DNA of 32,000 bases from Candidatus Saccharimonadota bacterium. Lineage in GTDB: Archaea > Micrarchaeota > Micrarchaeia > Micrarchaeales > Micrarchaeaceae. Every line of letters starts with the position of its first letter. Position 1 is the first letter of the stretch. The translations under genes were made by a program, and so were the position numbers. The stretch spans positions 540,001-572,000 of the forward strand of contig NZ_CP019964.1 of NCBI RefSeq assembly GCF_002214165.1, written 5' to 3'. Below, piece by piece: positions 16,532 to 24,950 of the stretch. The notes under the pieces were generated by a model. It saw nothing but the letters and a program-made list of their open reading frames with translations. It was not told the DNA's origin and did not search any database.

Positions 16532-18688
16532 TCACCTGTACATCAAGTCAGGCTCCGACTTGAATTTCTGTATCCTTTCAGCAAGCTCCCTAGGCACTGT
16601 TGGCTTGACCTCTACCAAAGCCTTGTCGAAATCATCCTTTGTCACCTTGGACTCCTTGTTCCTTATCGCATTCATTCCTGCCTCCCTTACAAGGTTCTCT
16701 ATCTCGGCTCCTGTGTATCCGTCTGTTATCTTGGCAACCTCCTCTAAGTCAACCTCTTTTGCCAAAGGCATCTTGGACGTATGCACCTTGAGTATGGCAA
16801 GCCTTGTAGGCTCATCAGGCATAGGTATGTCTATTATCTTGTCGAACCTTCCAGGCCTCAGCAAGGCGGGATCCAGCACATCAGGGCGGTTTGTGGCCGC
16901 GATTACAATCACATTCTTCATGTCCTTGAGCCCATCCATCTCGGTCAGCAGCGTGTCGACAACAAGCTCGCTTACCCTTGAGCTCTCGCTGTCTCCTCCC
17001 CTCAAATAGCCTATCGAATCTATTTCGTCTATGAATATTATGCATGGTGCTGCCATCCTCGCTTTCCTGAATATCTCGCGTACTGCTTTTTCGCTTTCCC
17101 CTACGTACTTGTTGAGTATCTCAGGGCCTTTTATAGATATGAAGTTTGCCTCCCTTTCTGTAGCGACCGCCTTTGCAAGCATCGTCTTTCCGGTTCCTGG
17201 AGGCCCTATAAGCAATGCACCTTTTACCGGCCTTATACCTATCTTCTCAAAGGCTTCCGGATCCTTTATAGGCAGTTCCACCGCTTCCTTAATCTCTGCC
17301 TTTACCTTCTCCAACCCGCCTATATCACTCCAGTGTACATTAGGCCTCTCAACGAATACCTCTCTCAATGCACTTGGCTGTATGCTGTTGAATGCCTCCA
17401 AGAAGTCCTGGTTGCTTACCTTTAGGTTCATGAGAAGTTCATTTGAAACTTCATTCTTGTCGAGAACTTCAGGCAGTATCCTTCTCAGGGTTGACATTGC
17501 CGCTTCCCTCGCCAATGCTGCAAGGTCCGCTCCTGTATACCCGTGTGTTATGTTCGCTATGTTGTCTATATCAACACCCTTGTCCAAAGGCATGTTCCTA
17601 GTGTGTATCTGTATTATCTCCTTTCTTGCATTCCTGTCCGGAACACCTATCTCTATCTCCCTGTCGAACCTTCCAGGCCTTCTTAAAGCGGCATCTATTG
17701 CATCAGGCCTGTTCGTTGCTCCTACAACTATCACCTGTCCTCTCGAGCTCATCCCATCCATCAATGTCAACAGCTGGGAGACCATCCTCCTCTCAACCTC
17801 ATTTGTGGCCTCTTCCCTCTTTGGCGCTATCGCATCGATCTCGTCCATGAATATTATAGTTGGGGCCTTTTCCTTGGCCTCCTCGAATATGCCTCTCAGG
17901 CGCTCCTCGCTCTCTCCGACAAACTTGCTTACCAGTTCAGGCCCTGATATGTCTATGAAGTTCGCATCGCTCTCGTTTGCTACGGCCTTTGCAAGCAGAG
18001 TCTTTCCGGTACCTGGAGCGCCATATAGAAGGACGCCTTTTGGCGGCTCTATTCCAAGCCTTTCAAAGAGCTCTGGATACCTTATTGGCAGCTCAACCAT
18101 CTCCCTTATCTTCTGGATCTCCGTCTTCAGACCTCCAATGTCTTCGTAATGGACATCGCCTATCTTGACCGCGGATTCCGATACCGATTCAGATCTTACT
18201 ACAATCTCCGTGTTTGGTGTAACTTTTACAACACCGTGTGGTATTACCTGTGCGACTACAAACTTGAATGCGTACCTGAACATCGGTATCGGGATTATAT
18301 CCCCTTTCATTAAAGGCTTGTTCTCAAGCTTGCTCTTTGCGTAATCCTCGAAATCTGGGGGCACTGGGGTTGTCTGGTTCTTTGGAGGGGCAATCACGAT
18401 CTTTGTTGCCTCTGACACATTGGCTTTTGACACAAACACTTTGTCCCCGATCCCAACGCCTATGTTTTCCCTGATCCATCCGTCAACCCTTATAAAGTTT
18501 AGTCCTTCGTCTTGTTGGGGGGCTTGCCACACGATCGCTGCCGTGGATCTGCGCTTGCCTTTTATCTCTACTATGTCTCCCGATACTACATTAAGCAGCT
18601 TGCGGGCTTTCGAATCCATCCTGGCAATGCCTCTTCCGTCATCAGTAACCAAAGCCCCTACAGCTGTAAGCTCTATCCCATCTACCAA
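16532..18688 (-). CDS. cdc48: CDC48/VCP/VAT-type AAA+ ATPase (N domain plus D1 and D2)
   Basis: Two Walker A motifs (GAPGTGKTLLAKA, GPPGTGKTMLAKA), two Walker B motifs (IIFMDEID, IIFIDEID) and an N domain with GRGIARMD. The TTG start at 18688 is preceded by GGTGAT 4 nt upstream. The first internal ATG falls inside the conserved N domain. Confidence 0.95.
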   Translation of the reverse strand: MVDGIELTAVGALVTDDGRGIARMDSKARKLLNVVSGDIVEIKGKRRSTAAIVWQAPQQDEGLNFIRVDGWIRENIGVGIGDKVFVSKANVSEATKIVIAPPKNQTTPVPPDFEDYAKSKLENKPLMKGDIIPIPMFRYAFKFVVAQVIPHGVVKVTPNTEIVVRSESVSESAVKIGDVHYEDIGGLKTEIQKIREMVELPIRYPELFERLGIEPPKGVLLYGAPGTGKTLLAKAVANESDANFIDISGPELVSKFVGESEERLRGIFEEAKEKAPTIIFMDEIDAIAPKREEATNEVERRMVSQLLTLMDGMSSRGQVIVVGATNRPDAIDAALRRPGRFDREIEIGVPDRNARKEIIQIHTRNMPLDKGVDIDNIANITHGYTGADLAALAREAAMSTLRRILPEVLDKNEVSNELLMNLKVSNQDFLEAFNSIQPSALREVFVERPNVHWSDIGGLEKVKAEIKEAVELPIKDPEAFEKIGIRPVKGALLIGPPGTGKTMLAKAVATEREANFISIKGPEILNKYVGESEKAVREIFRKARMAAPCIIFIDEIDSIGYLRGGDSESSRVSELVVDTLLTEMDGLKDMKNVIVIAATNRPDVLDPALLRPGRFDKIIDIPMPDEPTRLAILKVHTSKMPLAKEVDLEEVAKITDGYTGAEIENLVREAGMNAIRNKESKVTKDDFDKALVEVKPTVPRELAERIQKFKSEPDLMYR

Positions 18689-18896
18689 AAAATCACCATT
18701 TAGAAATTATAGCCTTGCCTCAAATCTGAAATTCAAAGCATAAACTTAATTACATATATTTACCTGATAACTTTTATAAATACATTTCTATTGCAATTTT
18801 TACCGATTGGGCAAAATTGATTGATGTGCAAAGTATACGCCTCTTCCGTACTTTTGCTTCAGATAATTGAAAGAAAAAGATAGCTATGGGTCAAAT

Positions 18897-18903
18897 AAAA
18901 AAA
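18897..18903 (-). terminator. oligo-T (T7) run downstream of the acidic micro-ORF
   Basis: A7 on the plus strand gives TTTAATTTTTTTATTT on the minus strand, about 55 nt after the micro-ORF stop. Archaeal RNA polymerase terminates at oligo-T tracts. Confidence 0.35.
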
Positions 18904-18956
18904 TTAAACCATAAATATTTCTTAGTTTATTTCTGTGGAGTTACTAAAGAGAAGAA

Positions 18957-19064
18957 TTACTCATCGTCTTCGTCGTCTTCTTCATCTTCTTCGTCTTCGT
19001 CGTCTTCTTCGTCTTCGTCTTCTTCATCTTCTTCGTCGTCTCCTTTCATCTTGGCTGCTACCAT
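18957..19064 (-). CDS. 35-aa ultra-acidic micro-protein MVAAKMKG(D/E)27
   Basis: The minus-strand ATG at 19064 is preceded by GGTG (7-nt spacer), a TTTTTATAA TATA-like box about 40 nt upstream and a purine-rich BRE-like GAAAGA. The stop is TAA (18957-18959), and a T7 run lies downstream. The translation is MVAAKMKGDDEEDEEDEDEEDDEDEEDEEDDEDDE. It competes with a plus-strand poly-Ser ORF over the same repeat. Confidence 0.4.
   Translation of the reverse strand: MVAAKMKGDDEEDEEDEDEEDDEDEEDEEDDEDDE
18960..19041. repeat. imperfect trinucleotide tract, 27 units of TCN (plus strand) = GAN (minus strand)
   Basis: The direct read is tcatcgtcttcgtcgtcttcttcatcttcttcgtc... The variable base is only A/G/T. 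An internal duplication of the block tcttcttcatcttcttcgtc suggests expansion by slippage or duplication. Confidence 0.9.
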
Positions 19065-19285
19065 CTTTATGCACCAATTCACTTATATAACAGAAAATTA
19101 TAAAAATCTTTCACAGAAGGTGCGATTAGGAATTTAGGTAACAAAAATAAAAGAAGGGTATAAATTAGTTGACTATCCGCCTTTGAAACAATTCAGTTTT
19201 GGAAATGAATCGTTTATTAACGAATATCGGGATTATTTCTAAATTTAATCCTCTGTTAATACACATGGATTATAAAGGCATTATT

Positions 19286-20116
19286 ATGGAGCCACTGGTA
19301 TTTTTAAAATTAGGAGGAGGCACAATAACCTACGACAGTAGGGAAAGCACCCCAAGGATAGATGTAATAGACAGACTGCTTTCCGAGATCAAAAAGGCAA
19401 AGGAAGAGCATGGATTCGACTTGATATTGGGCCATGGCAGCGGCTCTTACGCACACGTGCCGGCATCAAAGTACAAGGTAAATGAAGGGCTTAAATACGA
19501 GTTCAGCAGAATGGGGGCCACTGTAACCTGCAATACTGCAAAGGCACTGAACACGGTAATCATTGAGGAAGCGATTAAAATAGGGCTTGACACTTATCCA
19601 TTTTCTCCATCGAGCTTTGCCTACGCCGGCAATGGAAGGATAATAAAAGGAGTCACTGACGGAATAAGAAAATCGCTAGAATCCGGATTCACTCCTGTGG
19701 TATATGGGGATGTTCTCATAGATGACGTTAAAGGCGTAACGATTGCGTCCACTGAAGAAGTTTTCAATTTCCTTTCTACTGAGTTTGGTCCTGATAAAAT
19801 AATCATAGGCGCCGATGTTGATGGAGTATTTGACTCTAACCCAACCCAGAATGCAAATGCAAAGAAGATAGATAGGGTAGACAATTCAAACATAGACACC
19901 ATACTTAAAGGTGCATCTGGTTCAAACAAGTCTTTCGATGTTACAGGAGGGATGCATACAAAAGTTGAAATGCTTTATAATATGGTTAAAGGGGTAAATG
20001 AGAAATTTGGGAAACCTTCAATTGGGTATATAGGAAATGCCGCAAAGGAAGGGGTAATAGGAAAACTGCTTTCCGGAAAACCAGTAAATGAGTGCACCGA
20101 ATTCAGCTACCGCTAA
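19286..20116 (+). CDS. ipk: isopentenyl phosphate kinase (amino-acid kinase fold)
   Basis: FLKLGGGTITYD, LILGHGSGSYAH, PVVYGDV, IIGADVDGVFDSNP and DVTGGMHTKV are collinear with archaeal IPK. The track ORF starts at TTG 19199. ATG 19286 (or 19265) gives the usual N-terminus, so the start is uncertain. Confidence 0.8.
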   Translation: MEPLVFLKLGGGTITYDSRESTPRIDVIDRLLSEIKKAKEEHGFDLILGHGSGSYAHVPASKYKVNEGLKYEFSRMGATVTCNTAKALNTVIIEEAIKIGLDTYPFSPSSFAYAGNGRIIKGVTDGIRKSLESGFTPVVYGDVLIDDVKGVTIASTEEVFNFLSTEFGPDKIIIGADVDGVFDSNPTQNANAKKIDRVDNSNIDTILKGASGSNKSFDVTGGMHTKVEMLYNMVKGVNEKFGKPSIGYIGNAAKEGVIGKLLSGKPVNECTEFSYR

Positions 20117-20185
20117 TTTATTCAATTATAAGAGAAGCATAAAATGCTTCACGGTGTGGAATTGGTTAGGAAATTATAATCAGGT

Positions 20186-20207
20186 CCGCATGCATTTCTG
20201 CATGCGG
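20186..20207. other. perfect 9-bp GC-rich hairpin CCGCATGCA-TTTC-TGCATGCGG in a 334-bp convergent intergenic region
   Basis: Read directly from the sequence. A second hairpin, GTGTTT-GAA-AAACAC, is at 20223-20237. No ORF of meaningful size on either strand. Confidence 0.5.
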
Positions 20208-20424
20208 GGTGGATATGGTGTGGTGTTTGAAAAACACGCGCAGATATAGATTAATACTAACTATTATATAAGTCTTTCGGTTTGTTCGATTTTTGGTTAT
20301 TGGGTTTTTATACCTATGCTATTTGCATTAGGGTTTGGTTATCAATATACATGCAATAGATACGCTTTAAGATGGAGGAGGAAGGGTTTTTGCTGCTTTA
20401 TCCACCCATATCCTGTGCTTTAAT

Positions 20425-20449
20425 TTTTACAAAATATATATTTGTAAAA
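20425..20449 (-). terminator. AT-rich hairpin TTTTACAAA-ATATATA-TTTGTAAAA immediately after the hel308 stop
   Basis: Perfect 9-bp arms located 1 nt downstream of the stop codon (20451-20453). The terminator role is inferred from position only. Confidence 0.3.
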
Positions 20450-20450
20450 G

Positions 20451-22565
20451 CTACTCGAGTTGGCTGTAAACCTTCTTTGCAATCTCCCTGCCAAGAAGGA
20501 TGCTCACCTTCTCAGGATTTTTCCTTATGTCCTCAATTGTCTTTATCCCGTTGTTGAATAGCTTCCTTGCCCTTACCCTTCCTATCTGCTCAAGCCTTAC
20601 CAGGTCCAAGAGCTCATCCTTTATTCCATACCTAAGCCTTACCCTTGTCTCAACAAGAAGATGTGTAGGCATCTTAAGGATCCTTGATATCTCGGCAGCC
20701 GCATATATAAGCCAATCGATGTTCGATATCTTTGCGTACATAGCTCCTGGGGTTGTATGATACCCTTTCATTATTGCATCTTCATCCTCCTCGCTTATCC
20801 AGTCGCTCAGCATCATTGCAGTGCTGAATGCCGCTACAGGATCATAATAAGAGTAACTGGCTTCCATCGAGTACAATTCGGGGTTAAGGCTCTTGTAGTA
20901 GACAAACTTTGACTCAGCCTCCTCAGTTACGTATACATATGGCCTCATCTCTATAGTATTGCAAAGTATGTAAAGCAGGCCTATCGAATCTGTCGCCTTT
21001 CCTACGCTGTCCATTATCCACTTTGCGGAAAGAGGGTCTATGTAGAGCTCGCTTATCCTCTTTCCAAGCTTTGTAGCTACATATGAACTGCTGTGCTCCT
21101 CTACGAAATTCCAATCTGTCAAGCTTGAGATTACCTGGTCTATGAAGGTGTCCATGTTCGTGCTGCCGTATTGGTATCCATAGAATGTGTTTGATAGGAA
21201 CTTTGAGATTTCGGGCTTTGAGTTTAGGAAATCCTCGGCTATGAAAGACAATATATGCATCCTGAGGACCGGCATGACTCCCAGCTTTGATTCAATTGGC
21301 TCCGGGTCCGCTGCTATGTACCTCTCGTAAAGCGGCATCAGGTTGTATTTCTCCTTTGCTATGACCAGCGCTCTTCCTTCAGTGTCGTATGCGGGCCTTC
21401 CCGCCCTTCCGAACAGCTGCATTACCTCGTTTACTCCAACATAGGCATTGCCCTCCTCGCTGTGCTTGTGGAGGTCCCTGACCAGAACCGTATGGGCGGG
21501 GAGGTTTACCCCTAGCCCTAAGGTGGTTGTAGCACATATCGCCTTTATTAAATTTGACTTGAATGCATCCTCTACATAGGCTTTTTGGGCTGACATCAAT
21601 CCGGAATGGTGGAAGGCTATGCCGTTTCTTATCAATGACGCTTCCTTCCTGCACTGCGTTGTCGGGGAGTCTAGGACATTCTCCACTTTGTCGGCTATCT
21701 CCGCAAGCTTCGCTTTTTCATCCTCTGTCAATACGGCTTTTGTAACGCTTGAGAGCTTGACCGCACTGGACTCGGCATTGCGCTTTGAATAGAAGAAGCT
21801 GAGCATCTGCTTCCCTTTGTGCAGCGTGTCCTCTAGCACTCTCGCTTCCGGCACTTTGCTGCTCCCGTCCATCTCGTATACTTCCTGGCTGTACCCGTCA
21901 TAGTAGTAAATCGAGTTTGAGAATACTATTCCCTTGAGCAACTTTACGGGCCTGTAATCGCTGGTCACAAGTTCCGCTCCTATCCATTTCGCCAATTCCT
22001 CCGGATTCCCTATCGTGGCGCTCAATCCGACCAGCTGTATCTCCTTGTACATTGAGAGCTTTGTTATGATTACCTCCAATACCGGACCTCTTGAGTAGTC
22101 ATCTACCATATGTATTTCGTCGAATACCACACACCCGACGGAAGGCAGCCAGTCAATCTTGTGCCTGAGCAGGCTGTCAAATTTTTCTGTAGAGACAAAT
22201 ATCATATCGTATTCTGCAAGCCAAGGATCCCCCGAATCAAGGTCCCCCATTGATATTGCAGCTTTTATATAAGGGTATGCTTTGGTAAACTCGTTGAATT
22301 TCTCCGATACAAGGGCCTTCATTGGGCCTATGTATATTGCCTTCTTGCCTTTCGCGAGTATTGAGTATACCGCAGCCAATTCGCCTATCAGGGTCTTGCC
22401 GCTGGCTGTTGGAGAGGCTACCATTATGTTGCTGCCCTTAAGCAGGCCTTTCTCTATCGCTTCAGCCTGCGGCGGGGTGAACTCTTTTATACCTCTGGAA
22501 CGCAGGGATTCCATCATTGCAGATGGAACCAAATCCGATATAAAATCTATCTTCATGTCTATCAT
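20451..22565 (-). CDS. hel308: Hel308/Ski2-like superfamily 2 DNA helicase
   Basis: Motif I is ASPTASGKT and motif II is DEIH, followed by SAT, HHSGL and QLFGRAGRP. There is a long C-terminal winged-helix/ratchet/HhH-like region, and the length (704 aa) is typical of archaeal Hel308. Confidence 0.9.
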   Translation of the reverse strand: MIDMKIDFISDLVPSAMMESLRSRGIKEFTPPQAEAIEKGLLKGSNIMVASPTASGKTLIGELAAVYSILAKGKKAIYIGPMKALVSEKFNEFTKAYPYIKAAISMGDLDSGDPWLAEYDMIFVSTEKFDSLLRHKIDWLPSVGCVVFDEIHMVDDYSRGPVLEVIITKLSMYKEIQLVGLSATIGNPEELAKWIGAELVTSDYRPVKLLKGIVFSNSIYYYDGYSQEVYEMDGSSKVPEARVLEDTLHKGKQMLSFFYSKRNAESSAVKLSSVTKAVLTEDEKAKLAEIADKVENVLDSPTTQCRKEASLIRNGIAFHHSGLMSAQKAYVEDAFKSNLIKAICATTTLGLGVNLPAHTVLVRDLHKHSEEGNAYVGVNEVMQLFGRAGRPAYDTEGRALVIAKEKYNLMPLYERYIAADPEPIESKLGVMPVLRMHILSFIAEDFLNSKPEISKFLSNTFYGYQYGSTNMDTFIDQVISSLTDWNFVEEHSSSYVATKLGKRISELYIDPLSAKWIMDSVGKATDSIGLLYILCNTIEMRPYVYVTEEAESKFVYYKSLNPELYSMEASYSYYDPVAAFSTAMMLSDWISEEDEDAIMKGYHTTPGAMYAKISNIDWLIYAAAEISRILKMPTHLLVETRVRLRYGIKDELLDLVRLEQIGRVRARKLFNNGIKTIEDIRKNPEKVSILLGREIAKKVYSQLE

Positions 22566-22573
22566 ATGCTTTT

Positions 22574-23116
22574 TCAGTTTTTACCAAGCACTTGCGGCAG
22601 CTTTATCCCTTTCTGCATATTGTAATTCCCATTGTAAACCTTGCCGGTCTTGTTGTTGAGCTTTTCCAGTATTATGTGCGCAAAGCGCTGCCCCGGCCTC
22701 AGCAGGATCTTGTAAGGCGCGTTGTTGACAACCTCCAACGTGATCGTGCCGTTGAACCCCGCATCTATTATAGTTGGCGGCATTGACAGCCCATGCCTTG
22801 CCCATGTGCTCCTTAGTTCAACAAATCCTGCTACATCGTCAGGCATGCTTATGCTTTCATATGTGGAAAGAAGCACCTGCTCGTGCGGATTTATAACTAT
22901 CTCTTTAAGGGTTTTATCAAGTTTGTAGCTCCCCTTTATCATATTTTCATCGGTTGGATCAAGGACAAATGATTCGTCAAAGGCCTTGTGCCTTGCAACC
23001 TCATCGGCAAGCCTGAAATCTATGCCGTTTTCCCTGATGCTGTCATCAGTAAGCGGCTCGATTGTGAGCCTCTTCTGGGAAACCATGCTTTTTATATCGA
23101 AATCGGAAAGTATCAT
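22574..23116 (-). CDS. dcd: dCTP deaminase (possibly the bifunctional dCTP deaminase/dUTPase type)
   Basis: N-terminal MILSDFDIKSMV..RLTIEPL and VELRSTWARHGL...DAGFNGTITLEV are typical of Dcd. GTGGT lies upstream of the ATG. The gene ends 8 nt before the hel308 start, so the two are likely an operon. Confidence 0.9.
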   Translation of the reverse strand: MILSDFDIKSMVSQKRLTIEPLTDDSIRENGIDFRLADEVARHKAFDESFVLDPTDENMIKGSYKLDKTLKEIVINPHEQVLLSTYESISMPDDVAGFVELRSTWARHGLSMPPTIIDAGFNGTITLEVVNNAPYKILLRPGQRFAHIILEKLNNKTGKVYNGNYNMQKGIKLPQVLGKN

Positions 23117-23232
23117 GAAACCACTATATTAGAATTAGTATGAGATTATATAAATTGGTTTTGTGGCATCCGATTATCTATAGGTAAAAACAGTGATTCA
23201 CGCAAATATAGAATAAGGGCAAAAAGGAAGAT

Positions 23233-24687
23233 TTATCCTTTTGCCACTCCCAACGGGGTCATCCTTGCAACTATGTTGGATATCTTTGCACCTGCTATGG
23301 ATTTCACAACTTCATCAACATCCTTGTAGGCCCACTCTGATTCCTCGCTCACCAGCTTCCTGTTCCTTACCCTTATCTCTATGTGCTTGTCCTTCATCGT
23401 GTTGAATGTCTTTGATTCTGGTATCTCGCGTATCGCTTCGTGCCTTGACATCTTTCTTCCGGATCCGTGGCATGATGACCCAAAGCTTTCAAGCATTGCT
23501 TCCTCCCTTCCTGCCAGTATGTAGCTTGCTGTTCCCATGCTTCCAGGTATAATGACAGGCTGCCCATAATCCCTGTATATCTTTGGAATCTCAATGCGGC
23601 CTGGCCCGAATGCCCTTGTCGCCCCTTTCCTGTGCACATATACCTTCTTTCTCTTGCCGTCTACTATGTGCTCTTCCTCTTTCGCTATATTGTGGGCAAC
23701 ATCATATACAAGGTCCATTCCCAAAGCGTCAGCGCTCTTACCGAAAACCTCCTCAAAGCTTTTCCTTATCGAGTTTGTCATTATCTGGCGGTTTACAAAT
23801 GCAAAATTGACCGCGGATTTCATCGCAGCCAGATAGTCGTTCGCCTCCTTGCTTCCTATATAGGCATAGCTAAGCTCAGGGTCCGCAAGGGTTATGTTGT
23901 GGCTCTTCTGGTAATCGCTGAGCACTCTCAGGTAATCGCTGCACACCTGATGCCCATAGCCCCGCGATCCGCTGTGCACCATAACCACTACCTGCCCTTC
24001 CTTTATACCGAATGCATCCGCAAGCCTTTGGTCAAGGACCTTTTCTACTTTCTGCACCTCTAGGAAATGGTTGCCTGCCCCTAAGGTGCCCAATTCGTGG
24101 AGGCCCCTTTTCTTTGCCAATGCGCTTACTTTGTCGGGATCAGCGCCTTCCATGCTTCCGTTCTCCTCAATACGGTCTACGTCATCCTTGAATCCATAGC
24201 CTTTGTCTATTATGTAGCGTGCACCTTCGACCGCAACCTTCTCCAAATCCTGCGGTGTAAATCCAAGCCTTATTACGCTTCCGACCCCGCTTGGCACATT
24301 CTTGAACAATGTATCCATCAAAGGCTTTATCTTCGGCTTTATATCCTCTTCGGTAAGATCTGTCTTTATGAGCCTTACTCCACAGTTTATGTCAAACCCT
24401 ATCGCTCCGGGTGATATTATTCCGTTGTCCGCATCAAATGCTGCAACTCCCCCTACCGGAAATCCATAGCCTTCATGCCCATCCGGCATGACAAGCATAG
24501 AATTTACAAGCGATGGCATAGATGCAGCGTTCTTTGCCTGCATTAATGTCCTGTCCCTCTTCATGTATCCGATTATCTCTTCGCTTGCGAATATCTTTAC
24601 GGGCTTTGAATTCTCATCGCCTTTTATCTGCCAGGTAAATTCATCAATCTTCTCCACTTCTGGAGGCTTTACATTATTGTTTTCCAT
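23233..24687 (-). CDS. rtcB: RNA-splicing ligase RtcB
   Basis: MPDGHEGYGFPVGGVAA, DINCGVR, GAGNHFLE, HSGSRGYGHQ, the C-terminal HGSGR and PLGVAKG are all RtcB hallmarks. At 484 aa there is no intein-sized insertion. Confidence 0.95.
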   Translation of the reverse strand: MENNNVKPPEVEKIDEFTWQIKGDENSKPVKIFASEEIIGYMKRDRTLMQAKNAASMPSLVNSMLVMPDGHEGYGFPVGGVAAFDADNGIISPGAIGFDINCGVRLIKTDLTEEDIKPKIKPLMDTLFKNVPSGVGSVIRLGFTPQDLEKVAVEGARYIIDKGYGFKDDVDRIEENGSMEGADPDKVSALAKKRGLHELGTLGAGNHFLEVQKVEKVLDQRLADAFGIKEGQVVVMVHSGSRGYGHQVCSDYLRVLSDYQKSHNITLADPELSYAYIGSKEANDYLAAMKSAVNFAFVNRQIMTNSIRKSFEEVFGKSADALGMDLVYDVAHNIAKEEEHIVDGKRKKVYVHRKGATRAFGPGRIEIPKIYRDYGQPVIIPGSMGTASYILAGREEAMLESFGSSCHGSGRKMSRHEAIREIPESKTFNTMKDKHIEIRVRNRKLVSEESEWAYKDVDEVVKSIAGAKISNIVARMTPLGVAKG

Positions 24688-24714
24688 ATTATCATCTTTA
24701 AACTGAATGCAATA

Positions 24715-24950
24715 AAGATTAAGTATATATTAATGTGACATCCTCCCACCTGTAAACAGTGTGGGCTTCCAGGGTGGTTATGATTTGTCGTCATGATGCC
24801 ACCAATGTAGTTCCTGCTTCATAGGCAACTGCCCCCCTTGCGGAAGGTCTTATGTCGTCTCTGCAAGCTTGACTTCCCGAATGCCCTTCGGTAGTTGGAC
24901 TGATAGAGTCCAAAGCCCTTTTGAGTATATTCTGTGCCGCATTCACATCC
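24715..24950 (-). ncRNA. predicted TnpB omega-RNA (reRNA) scaffold spanning the tnpB 3' end and the RE hairpin; extent is approximate
   Basis: Called only by analogy with characterised TnpB systems, where the guide RNA is encoded at the tnpB 3' end and right end of the element. Local support is the RE-type hairpin at 24745-24765 plus an alternative CCACC/GGTGG pairing (24746-50 with 24773-77). The ends are not determined. Confidence 0.3.
24745..24765. repeat. subterminal hairpin at the tnpB 3' side (RE-like): CCCAC-CTG-TAAA-CAG-T-GTGGG
   Basis: Pairs are C45-G65, C46-G64, C47-G63, A48-T62, C49-G61, then bulged T60, then C50-G59, T51-A58, G52-C57, with loop TAAA. Confidence 0.75.

Noticed and set aside
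16308-18149. Long plus-strand ORFs (233 aa and 372 aa) antisense to rnz and cdc48.
   Set aside because: They are fully embedded antisense to strongly supported genes. Their Ser/Leu/Phe/Ile-rich, low-complexity composition is typical of shadow frames, and I recognised no motifs.
18886-19137. Plus-strand 83-aa ORF with a run of 27 serines.
   Set aside because: It covers the same trinucleotide tract as the minus-strand acidic micro-ORF. It has no SD-like or TATA signal upstream, and its non-repeat flanks read like AT-rich intergenic sequence. It is kept only as the alternative hypothesis to the minus-strand reading, not as a feature.
20211-20412. Long-range 8-nt complementarity (GGATATGG at about 20211 with CCATATCC at about 20405) that could close a roughly 200-nt RNA domain.
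   Set aside because: An 8-bp match within a 334-nt region is expected by chance about once, and the flanking bases do not extend the helix.
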